From an uncultured Phycisphaerales bacterium (GTDB lineage: Bacteria; Planctomycetota; B15-G4), in contig CAZIAK010000013.1 in the NCBI GenBank assembly GCA_964537035.1, positions 4,826-68,825 of the forward strand: DNA of 64,000 bases, in the 5' to 3' direction. Positions 28,179 through 36,016 of the stretch are shown here, piece by piece. The first letter of the stretch is position 1. The number at the start of each line of letters is the position of its first letter. The notes below the pieces were generated by a model, which searched no databases, was not told where the DNA came from, and was given only the letters and a program-made list of their open reading frames with translations. Position numbers and translations under genes: made by a program.

Positions 28179-28862
28179 TCACCACAGCAGGCCTTCTTCT
28201 GGATCATGAAACAGGTGAAACAGGCGCACTTCGTCGGCGCTGCGCAGGCGACGCTCGCCCAGCTCTCCCCAACCGGGGAAGTAGTAGCCGTCCCGATACC
28301 CGTACTCAGGGTCATGGAGGGCCTCGCCTCCCGGCCGGCGCGGGTCGTCTGCAGCCAGCTGGAAGAACTGACACTCGTAGAGTTGCAGCTGGCCGTCGGC
28401 CTCTCGCTGGCTGAAGCGGAGGCGCAAGAACTCCGAGGGTTCGCTGGCACTGCTGGGGGCGTCGAAGAACATGTCCACCACCCGGCGACTCCAGGGCAAC
28501 ACCACCAGAGCCCCCGAGAGCCGCTCCGGCCCTTGCCAGACTTCGCTGACCTGCAGCGCCGGTGCGCTGGAGGCGGGGTCTGGATCGTCCAGGATCAGCC
28601 CCTCGAGAGGCAGGGTCATGGACTCACCGTGGGTGCGGGTGGCGGTGAGCTGAAGGTGCACGGTACGCACAGTGCGGCCGTCGACCTCGTTGAGATAGGA
28701 TCCTTGGCAGCGGACGATGAAGGCCTCGCGCTTGTTCTCGAAGGACCACGAGCCAATGGTGTCGCCGAACTCGGCCCCCACAGGACCGTAATAGCAGCGA
28801 GGCGCCGGGGTCGCACAGGCGACCGCTAGCAAGGCGAGGGCGGGCAGGCCGCGCAGCATCAT
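28179..28862 (-). CDS. Hypothetical lipoprotein
   Basis: MMLRGLPALALLAVACATP lipobox. Lies immediately upstream of, and co-oriented with, the AsmA-like gene. Confidence 0.6.
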   Translation of the reverse strand: MMLRGLPALALLAVACATPAPRCYYGPVGAEFGDTIGSWSFENKREAFIVRCQGSYLNEVDGRTVRTVHLQLTATRTHGESMTLPLEGLILDDPDPASSAPALQVSEVWQGPERLSGALVVLPWSRRVVDMFFDAPSSASEPSEFLRLRFSQREADGQLQLYECQFFQLAADDPRRPGGEALHDPEYGYRDGYYFPGWGELGERRLRSADEVRLFHLFHDPEEGLLW

Positions 28863-28886
28863 CTTCTCATCCGTGGCGAGACAACG

Positions 28887-29753
28887 GTGACCAGCATACT
28901 CCCCAGGCACGTGGTCCTCTCCCGCGGGAAGGACACGCCTCATCTGCGCCTGCTCGGGGACGCCTATGTGTCACGGTCCCTGCCCTTCGATGTGCTCACC
29001 CCGGCGCGCTATGCCGCCCTGGCTCGAGCGGGATGGCCCGGGCAGAGCCCTCCCACCACGGCCTTGGTGCGCCTGCCTTCCGGGGTCTCCCCCGCCGACA
29101 TGAGCGCCCTGACCGCCGCCGCGGCCACGGGGGAGACCCGCTGGATCGATCCGCCAGCGCACATCGCCGCGGTCCATGACAAGGAGCTGTGCCTCGAGTT
29201 GCTGGCCAGCGCCGGCTTGGCTGTGCCGCCCACGGTGGTGGCGCGCCGTGAGCAGCCCCTCGACCTGTCGTCCCTGCCCGGCGAGAAGTTCGTGGTCAAG
29301 CCCATCCGGGGCTCGTCGGGCCGGGGTGTCACTGTGGGGCTCTCACGCGGCGAGGCGGGAGCCCGGGCCCAGGCCTACGCAGAGCTGTGCGGGCCAGCCC
29401 TGGTCCAACCCCTGCTGGGCGGTGGGCTCGACCGGCGGCTTGTGCTGGTGGGAGGTCAGCTGGTGGCGGCCATGGAGCGCATTCCCGTGGCCGGTGACGG
29501 GCGAGGCAACACGGTCTATGGCGCAGCCGCTCGCGCCTTTGAACCCAGCCAAGAGGAGCTGCAGCTGGCCCAAGACGCGGCCCGCGTCCTGGGACTGTCC
29601 GTCGCCGGAGTGGACCTGCTCCGGGACGGTGATGCGCCGCTCATCCTGGAGGTCAACACCTGCCCGGGCCTGGCTGCCCTGCAAGCCGCCACCGGTGCCC
29701 AGCTCGGTGCCGCCCTGGTCCGCCATGTGCTCGGCGAGTCAGCGGTCGTTTGA
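28887..29753 (+). CDS. RimK-like ATP-grasp ligase
   Basis: ATP-grasp motifs FVVKPIRGSSGRGV, DRRLVLVGGQLVAAMER and GVDLL..APLILEVNTCPG. Start uncertain. Confidence 0.8.
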   Translation: MTSILPRHVVLSRGKDTPHLRLLGDAYVSRSLPFDVLTPARYAALARAGWPGQSPPTTALVRLPSGVSPADMSALTAAAATGETRWIDPPAHIAAVHDKELCLELLASAGLAVPPTVVARREQPLDLSSLPGEKFVVKPIRGSSGRGVTVGLSRGEAGARAQAYAELCGPALVQPLLGGGLDRRLVLVGGQLVAAMERIPVAGDGRGNTVYGAAARAFEPSQEELQLAQDAARVLGLSVAGVDLLRDGDAPLILEVNTCPGLAALQAATGAQLGAALVRHVLGESAVV

Positions 29754-29794
29754 CCCCGGCGGGCACCGCCCGGCATGCTGGCGGCCGAGACGAC

Positions 29795-30565
29795 ATGACC
29801 ACCAGAGCAATCATCAGCGACATCCACGGCAACCTGGGCGCCCTGACTGCCGTCCTTGAGGACGCCCGCAGCCACGGCGCTGAGGTCTTCTGGTGCCTCG
29901 GCGACGTCGTCGGCTACGGCGCACGTCCCCTCGAATGCCTGGCCCTGGTGCGCGACACCTGCTCGGCGATCATCAAGGGCAACCACGAACAGGCTGTCAT
30001 CGACGGGCCAGCGGGCTTCAACCCCCTGGCCAGCGCCGCGATCCACTGGACCCAGGGGCAGCTGTGCCGCGAGAGCACCCTGGTGCCCGACGCCATGCAG
30101 TTCATCGCCGGGCTCGACGCGCGCCTCGACTTTCCCGATGCGACCCTGGTGCATGGTTCGCCCCAGCATCCCCTCGACGAGTACCTGTTTCGGGAGGACA
30201 CGTTCGACTACCTCCCCCGAGGCCGTGATTTCTCACCGAAGCTCACCAACTGCTTCGCGCTCATCGATCGCCCCTGCTTCGTGGGACACACCCATGTCCC
30301 CGGGGTGATCGACGCCCAGATGAGCTGGACCGAGCCCGCCGACTGCGACGACCGCTTCGACACCGAGGGCAAACCCTGCTTCGTGAACATCGGCTCGGTG
30401 GGACAACCGCGAGACGGTGACCGGCGGGCCTCCTACGTTCTCTGGGACGGCCGCAACGTCTTCTTTCGCCGTGTCGAGTACGACGTCGAGGCCTCTGCCG
30501 AGCAGATCTTTCAGGCTGGCGAGTTGCCCGACATGCTGGGCAAGCGCCTGCTCGAAGCCTGGTAG
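29795..30565 (+). CDS. Metallophosphoesterase (calcineurin-like) family protein
   Basis: Motifs ISDIHGN, GDVVGYG, GNHE and GHTH. A TTG at 29750 overlapping the upstream stop is an alternative start. Confidence 0.85.
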   Translation: MTTRAIISDIHGNLGALTAVLEDARSHGAEVFWCLGDVVGYGARPLECLALVRDTCSAIIKGNHEQAVIDGPAGFNPLASAAIHWTQGQLCRESTLVPDAMQFIAGLDARLDFPDATLVHGSPQHPLDEYLFREDTFDYLPRGRDFSPKLTNCFALIDRPCFVGHTHVPGVIDAQMSWTEPADCDDRFDTEGKPCFVNIGSVGQPRDGDRRASYVLWDGRNVFFRRVEYDVEASAEQIFQAGELPDMLGKRLLEAW

Positions 30566-30580
30566 GGCGCCCTGCTGGTC

Positions 30581-30602
30581 GGCCTGCCCTTCGGTGCAGG
30601 CC
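30581..30602. terminator. Hairpin between convergent genes (GGCCTGC-ccttcggt-GCAGGCC)
   Basis: Perfect 7-bp GC-rich stem, 16 nt after the metallophosphoesterase stop and 29 nt beyond the stop of the minus-strand RNase H-like gene. No T-tract. Confidence 0.45.
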
Positions 30603-30630
30603 AGGCCTGGGCACAGATGTCCCCGGCAGC

Positions 30631-32100
30631 TCAGCCCTGGTCCAGCAGCCGCAGGTGGAAGGCGCCGTCATCTGCCGTGGTGCTCACGCGCAAGGCTCCG
30701 TGATGCAGGGCCCGCTCCCGTGGGTCGGCGAGCGCCGTGGGCTGGAGTTGCACCACGCCGCCAGCGTGCGCGCGGAGCAAAGCCACCGAGCGAGGGTCGT
30801 CGATGTCGGCGTTCGGCCCCACCAGGATGCGCCAACCTGACGCCAGGCCATGCTCCCGATCAAGCAGGCTGTCCAGTTGTTCCAGGCTCAGCTCGTCGAG
30901 CTGCAGCACCAGCCCCCCGAACAACAGCGGCAAGAACTCGGCGCCCGCGGGGACGGGGTCGGGCTCGGCGACACGCCCGCGCAGATCGACCACCAGAGAG
31001 GTGCAGCCCTTGCCGCCCCGCTGCTTCAACCGAAACGAGGTGAGATCGACGGTGCCCTGCAAGAGCTGGGTCGCCGACTCGTCATCGACCAGCTTGTTCA
31101 ACGGGGGGACGCGCTCCTTGGTCACCGGTTCCAGCCCGTCGAGGGAGCGCACCGTCTTGAACGACGCCTTGACGAAACTGGGCCAACTCCCGGCCTTGGC
31201 CGCGCGCCCACGGAGCCAGCGCAGGGTCACGGGATGTCCCGCATTGCCACTGCCCAAGGGGCCGTCGTCCACCGCATCTGCCAGCCCCACCATCTCGCGC
31301 GAGCGGGCAGCCCGGGCCCACACCGAAGCCAGGCGGGGTGCCAGGTAGCGATCGTCTGCCTTGGTCTCCACGCGCACGTCTGCTCCTCGGCGACGCCAGC
31401 CATCGACCGCCCCATGGAGCTGCCGGCCGGCGCCGTAATCGTCCAGGACGATCTGCAGGCCGCCGAGCTTGTCTGTCCCGCGCCGCCCTGCAGCGGTGAG
31501 CAGGTCGGCCACCACTCGGATGTAGGCCAGATCGAGCAGGGCGTTCTTGCTGTAGCGATCAAAGAGCCGGTTCGGGATGGTCACCGCGGTGAGCACCAGC
31601 CCCTCAGAGCCCAGGGCTGCCAGCTGTTCAGCGAGGGTGTTCCAGCCGCTGGCCACACGGGACGACTTGGTCTCCACGTGGCCTGCCACGGCCGCGGCGA
31701 CCGGGGCCAGATCGCCAGGCAGCAGACACGCGCCCACGATGGCCGCGCCCAACAGCTCTCCCGTGCCCGTCTCGTCGGCGCCCAGCAGGACCTCTGCCTC
31801 GCTCTCGACAGTGGGTAAGTCTGGCTTTCGCCGGGCCTTCGGGCTGCCCAGCATGGTGGCCACGTCGTCCTCGAGCAGTCGGCCCTCGCCGTCTTCGGGC
31901 CGCACGGTGCTGACCAGCTTGCCTGACGTATAGAAGGTGAAGATCGAGCGCCCGGCAGTACGCACCTCGAAGGCCACGTAGCGGTTCTTGGGATTCTTGG
32001 TCAGGGTGTGGCCCTTGCCGCTGAAGAGGGCAGACAGCGCCTTGCGCTGCCCCCCGGGAACCACTCGGGTGACAGGTCGGTTCACGAGAAGGACTGCCAA
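30631..32100 (-). CDS. RNase HII/HIII-like protein with an RNase HIII-type N-terminal domain and a C-terminal extension of about 170 aa
   Basis: The N-terminus resembles the RNase HIII N-domain (..YVAFEVRTAGRSIFTFYTSGKLV). RNase HII-fold motifs follow: GADETGTGELLG, KADDRYLAPRLASVWARAARSREM and GSGNAGHPVTLRWL. A domain I cannot assign follows. Confidence 0.65.
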   Translation of the reverse strand: MAVLLVNRPVTRVVPGGQRKALSALFSGKGHTLTKNPKNRYVAFEVRTAGRSIFTFYTSGKLVSTVRPEDGEGRLLEDDVATMLGSPKARRKPDLPTVESEAEVLLGADETGTGELLGAAIVGACLLPGDLAPVAAAVAGHVETKSSRVASGWNTLAEQLAALGSEGLVLTAVTIPNRLFDRYSKNALLDLAYIRVVADLLTAAGRRGTDKLGGLQIVLDDYGAGRQLHGAVDGWRRRGADVRVETKADDRYLAPRLASVWARAARSREMVGLADAVDDGPLGSGNAGHPVTLRWLRGRAAKAGSWPSFVKASFKTVRSLDGLEPVTKERVPPLNKLVDDESATQLLQGTVDLTSFRLKQRGGKGCTSLVVDLRGRVAEPDPVPAGAEFLPLLFGGLVLQLDELSLEQLDSLLDREHGLASGWRILVGPNADIDDPRSVALLRAHAGGVVQLQPTALADPRERALHHGALRVSTTADDGAFHLRLLDQG

Positions 32101-32580
32101 GGGGAGCGAACGAGAGGGCCTGAAAGGGCGGCACTGTATCCCCTGGCTTGGCCCGGCTCATGCCCGAGCCCGAAACCAACAGATAAAAGGTTCCGGGTCG
32201 GCCACGCCCCCCAGCGCAGTCGACCCGGAGATCCAATTCCCCCAGTGAGCGCCGAAGCCCTCACCAGTTAGTCGTTCTCTATTCACTCGAGATCTGGTCG
32301 GCAGACCGGCTACCACCCAGCTCTGCGGAGGCAACCAAGGACCGGGCCATAACGATCTGCACCGATCTGTCTGTCCTTAAAACCGGGAAAGACCTGCAGG
32401 GCGAACGATAGATTTGGGATTTCTTTTCGATGGGTGGTTCGTCCTTTCTTCAGAGAAACCTGGCCGTGGCCACCAGGCACTCGGAAACCGCCCGCTGCGC
32501 CCCGCCTCCTGTGTCGGACGTCATCTGCACGGGTCGCCTGATAGAGTGCCCTGCCCCACCCATCTGCCGAAGGACACCCG

Positions 32581-33894
32581 ATGATCATCCTCTCCAACAT
32601 CGCCAAGCTCTATGACGGCAGCTCAGCCGACGAGAGCGCTGTCTCGACCGGCGTCGATCTGTCCCTCGACGGGGGCCAGGTCTCCGAGGTGCGGCCCCAT
32701 GACAGCGAGCTTGCGGTGGGCAGTGAGCACACCCTGATCGACTGCACGGGCCTCACCGTGACCCCTGGGCTGATCGACTGCCACGGCCACATCACGGTGC
32801 TGGGCCTGGATGACACCTCCATCGACCTGATGAACACGGGCTCCTCCCTGGTCTGGGTCGAGAAGGTGCTGCACACCACCCTTGTAGACGGCGGCGTCAC
32901 CACCATGCGGGACATCGGCGGGGCCACCGACATGATGAAGCGCCTGGTCGACAGCGGCGCCATGATCGGTCCCCGGCTGAAGATCGCCATCTGCATGCTC
33001 TCCAGCACGGGGGGACACGCTGACTTTCGCGGCCCCGATCGCTGCCATGCCCAGCTCAGCCGGCTCTGGCCCGAGGCGGCGGGTCGGCCCTCGTCCATCG
33101 TCGATGGCCCCTGGGCGGCGCGAAAGCGCGTGCGCGAGATCGCCGCCTGCGGTGCCGACCTGATCAAGATCTGCGCCAGCCCCGGAGTGGCCTCCCCCGG
33201 CGACGCCCTCGAGCACCGCGACCTGCACCCGGCAGAGGTCGAGGCCATCTGCGATGAGGCCCACGCCCGGGGCCTGCGGGTCGCCGCCCACGCCCACAGC
33301 TGCAGTGGCATCGAACAGGCCATCCGCTCAGGCGTCGACGACCTGCAGCACATCTCCTTCATGGACGAGCGCCTGGTCGAGCTGGCCTACGAGCACGGCT
33401 GCACCGTGACCCCCACCTCGTGGATCATGACCGCGTTGCAGTCCGCCACAGGCCTCTCAGACTTCGTCATGGACAAGGTCAAGCAGGTGGCAGAGGTCCA
33501 CGCCCAGGCCACCGCTCACGCCCACACCGGCGGGCTGAAGATCCTGGCTGGCACCGACCCGGTGCTACCGGGCATGCATGGTCGCAACTACATGGAGCTG
33601 GTGGCGCTCATGGGCGAAGGCATGTCAGCCCTGGCAGCGTGGCACGCCGCCACGGGTCTCGCCGCAGCAGGCATCGGTCAGGACGACGCGGGCACGCTCA
33701 AGCCAGGCCAGCGCGCCGACCTGCTGCTCTGCAACGCAGACGTGGTCGACGACCCCTCAGCACTTGATCGAGGCGCCCTCGTCGAAGTGGTGAAGGACGG
33801 GGTCGGCTATCGCAATGGTCTGCCCACCCTGCCCCAGTGCACCTACCGGGACAGCCTCTCCGGCCAGCTGAATCCGGACGGTCTCCGGCCCTGA
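32581..33894 (+). CDS. Amidohydrolase-superfamily metallohydrolase
   Basis: GLIDCHGHI (HxH) motif, later His ligands (AAHAH) and a C-terminal KDGV motif, typical of imidazolonepropionase/prolidase-like amidohydrolases. Confidence 0.85.
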   Translation: MIILSNIAKLYDGSSADESAVSTGVDLSLDGGQVSEVRPHDSELAVGSEHTLIDCTGLTVTPGLIDCHGHITVLGLDDTSIDLMNTGSSLVWVEKVLHTTLVDGGVTTMRDIGGATDMMKRLVDSGAMIGPRLKIAICMLSSTGGHADFRGPDRCHAQLSRLWPEAAGRPSSIVDGPWAARKRVREIAACGADLIKICASPGVASPGDALEHRDLHPAEVEAICDEAHARGLRVAAHAHSCSGIEQAIRSGVDDLQHISFMDERLVELAYEHGCTVTPTSWIMTALQSATGLSDFVMDKVKQVAEVHAQATAHAHTGGLKILAGTDPVLPGMHGRNYMELVALMGEGMSALAAWHAATGLAAAGIGQDDAGTLKPGQRADLLLCNADVVDDPSALDRGALVEVVKDGVGYRNGLPTLPQCTYRDSLSGQLNPDGLRP

Positions 33895-33927
33895 TCTCAG
33901 CCGCTGCCTTGAGGGCCTGACGGGAGC

Positions 33928-33961
33928 GGGGCTGGCCTGAGATGATCCCCAGACCAGCCCC
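33928..33961. terminator. Hairpin between convergent amidohydrolase and sppA genes (GGGGCTGG-N18-CCAGCCCC)
   Basis: 8-bp stem seen directly. The loop is long and there is no T-tract. Confidence 0.35.
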
Positions 33962-33990
33962 GAGTTCAGGCCACGACCGGCAGGGTCAGT

Positions 33991-35796
33991 TCAACGAATG
34001 ACCATGTGCCAGGGCAGGATCGCCTGGACCGCGTCAGCGTGCAGTGCCCGGGGCTGGGTCGCGAGTCGTTGCGCCACGTCGAGCAGCTCGCCGAAGCCCA
34101 GGCCGATCAGCAGACGTTCCTCGGCAGAGCGAACCTGCACCATCTGCTCCATGCTCTCCTCGATCTGCTCGAGGATGTTTGGCGCTTCTGGCAACTCGAT
34201 CAGCGGCGTGCTGTCGACGTCGAGGCCGGCCATCACGCAGGCCAACTCGATCGAGTCGGAGAGGCCGCCCAAGGTGTCGATCAGGCCCAGGTCAATCGCT
34301 TGGCGGCCTGTCCACACCCGACCCTGGGCCAGTTCGCGCACCCGCTCTTCGGGTAGGTTGCGGCCCACGCTCACCTTGCCGATGAACTCGTCGTAGGTCA
34401 CTTCCATCCAGTGGGTCATGGTGCTCTTCAGGCCCTCGCTCGGGCCATGGGCCAGCAGGGACATGTCGTCACCTCGGGGGCCCACCGCCACGGTCTGCAC
34501 GGACACACCCACGGACTTCAGCGCCCGTGAGAGATCGGGAAGCATGGACACCACCCCGATGGAACCGGTGATGGTGGAGGTCTGGGCCACGATGGCGTTG
34601 CAGCCCATGGAGATCCAGTAGCCGCCCGAGGCCGCCACCGAACCCATGGAAGAGATGACGGGCTTGTCCTCCTTCACCTTCTCGATGGCCTGCCAGATCA
34701 TGTCACTGGCCAGGGCGCTGCCCCCCGGGCTGTTGACCCGCAGCACCACCGCCTTGCAGTTGTCGTCGCCGCCAGCCTTCTGCAGCGCTTCGACGATGGT
34801 CTCGCTGCCCATGCTCGCAACGTTGCCCTGAAAATCGACCTGGCTCTTGCCGCTGATGATGGCGCCGCTGGCATAGATCACCGCCACGTAGGGCTCGTCA
34901 GGCAGCTTCACCTTGGGCGGGTTGAGCAGCTTGGGCAGCATGGTCATCAGCGCGAAGGGGTTGTCGAGCATGGCCTCGATGTCCTCTTGCGTTCGATCGC
35001 CGTAGTGCTCGACCATCTCGTGGTCGGCGCCGAAGAGCACATCCATCACGTCGTCGAACTCGTCCTCGTAGACGGCAGCGTCGATCAGTCCCCCCGCCGC
35101 CGCGTCAGCGGGACTGACGATCATCTTGTCGAAGAACGCCAGCACTTCATCGTCGCTCAGGCCACGGTGCTCCGCCACCGTCCCGATCAACTGGCTGAAG
35201 TACTCGTCGAGCAAGATCTCGATCACCTCGCGCTGACCGGAGCTCATCTCATTGAAGGCGAAGTTCTCGTAGGCCGTCTTGTAGGCACCCACGTGCAACA
35301 CTTCGACCGACAGATCGAGGCTGTCCAGCAGGTCCTTGTAGTACATCAGCTCGGCCAACATGCTCTCGAGGATGATCATCCCCGAAGGTGGCACGATGAG
35401 CTGATCGGCCAGGCTGCAGAACAGCAGGCTGTTGCGGTCGAGCACCTCGGTGTAACAGACCACCGTCTTGCCTGCGTCCTTCAGGGCGCTCAGCTCGGCC
35501 AGCAGATCGATCGACTTGGCCAGGCCGGGGATGCCTTCGACCACGAGGCGCACTCCGGACACGCTGTCATCCGCCGCGATGTCCCGGACCTGCTGCAGCT
35601 TGGCTCTGAAGTTCCGCCGACTGGGGCCCAGGGGATTCTCGGCTGTGGGATCTTCTGCCGCGCCCGCGGTGATGACCAGTTCAACGACCTGGGCGGGCGT
35701 GGCCTTTCTCGCCGGTGGGTCCTGTTGTGCCGCCAGTGGTGAAGAGAGCAGAGCGAGACCGAAGAGCAGCGAGACGAGACGTGCCGGGACCGACAT
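33991..35796 (-). CDS. sppA: Signal peptide peptidase SppA, 67K (two-domain) type
   Basis: Two ClpP/crotonase-like halves, the catalytic-serine motif GSVAASGGYW, and a signal anchor. Start trimmed to MSVPARL (ATG at 35796, GAGG 8 nt upstream). Confidence 0.9.
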   Translation of the reverse strand: MSVPARLVSLLFGLALLSSPLAAQQDPPARKATPAQVVELVITAGAAEDPTAENPLGPSRRNFRAKLQQVRDIAADDSVSGVRLVVEGIPGLAKSIDLLAELSALKDAGKTVVCYTEVLDRNSLLFCSLADQLIVPPSGMIILESMLAELMYYKDLLDSLDLSVEVLHVGAYKTAYENFAFNEMSSGQREVIEILLDEYFSQLIGTVAEHRGLSDDEVLAFFDKMIVSPADAAAGGLIDAAVYEDEFDDVMDVLFGADHEMVEHYGDRTQEDIEAMLDNPFALMTMLPKLLNPPKVKLPDEPYVAVIYASGAIISGKSQVDFQGNVASMGSETIVEALQKAGGDDNCKAVVLRVNSPGGSALASDMIWQAIEKVKEDKPVISSMGSVAASGGYWISMGCNAIVAQTSTITGSIGVVSMLPDLSRALKSVGVSVQTVAVGPRGDDMSLLAHGPSEGLKSTMTHWMEVTYDEFIGKVSVGRNLPEERVRELAQGRVWTGRQAIDLGLIDTLGGLSDSIELACVMAGLDVDSTPLIELPEAPNILEQIEESMEQMVQVRSAEERLLIGLGFGELLDVAQRLATQPRALHADAVQAILPWHMVIR

Positions 35797-36016
35797 GACC
35801 GAGACCTCAGGGAGAGGGAGCGAACACCTGCGCGGGCCTCGGGCGGCCTGCGCGAAGTGGTGCCTCATCATGACTGATCTGTGGGCTCAGGGCCTCGACG
35901 AGCCCTTGGCGAAAACGTGACAGCTACCCGCGTTGCTCACCAGCTTCTGCTGCGGCCCCGTCTGGAACTGCTGGGTCATGCCTGCCAGCAGCGTGTGGGG
36001 AAAGTACCACGCGCTG

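Noticed and set aside
32101-32580. Tested this region by eye for tmRNA, RNase P RNA and SRP (4.5S) RNA
   Set aside because: The minus strand has GGGGGAAUUGGAUCUCCGGGUCGAC, vaguely like a tmRNA 5' end, but only about 155 nt remain before the adjacent CDS and no T-arm/CCA-like 3' end exists. The RNase P GGAAAGUCCGGGC motif is absent. The SRP domain-IV motif (GGUCCGGAAGGAAGCAGCC) is matched only by a weak GCAACCAAGG fragment.
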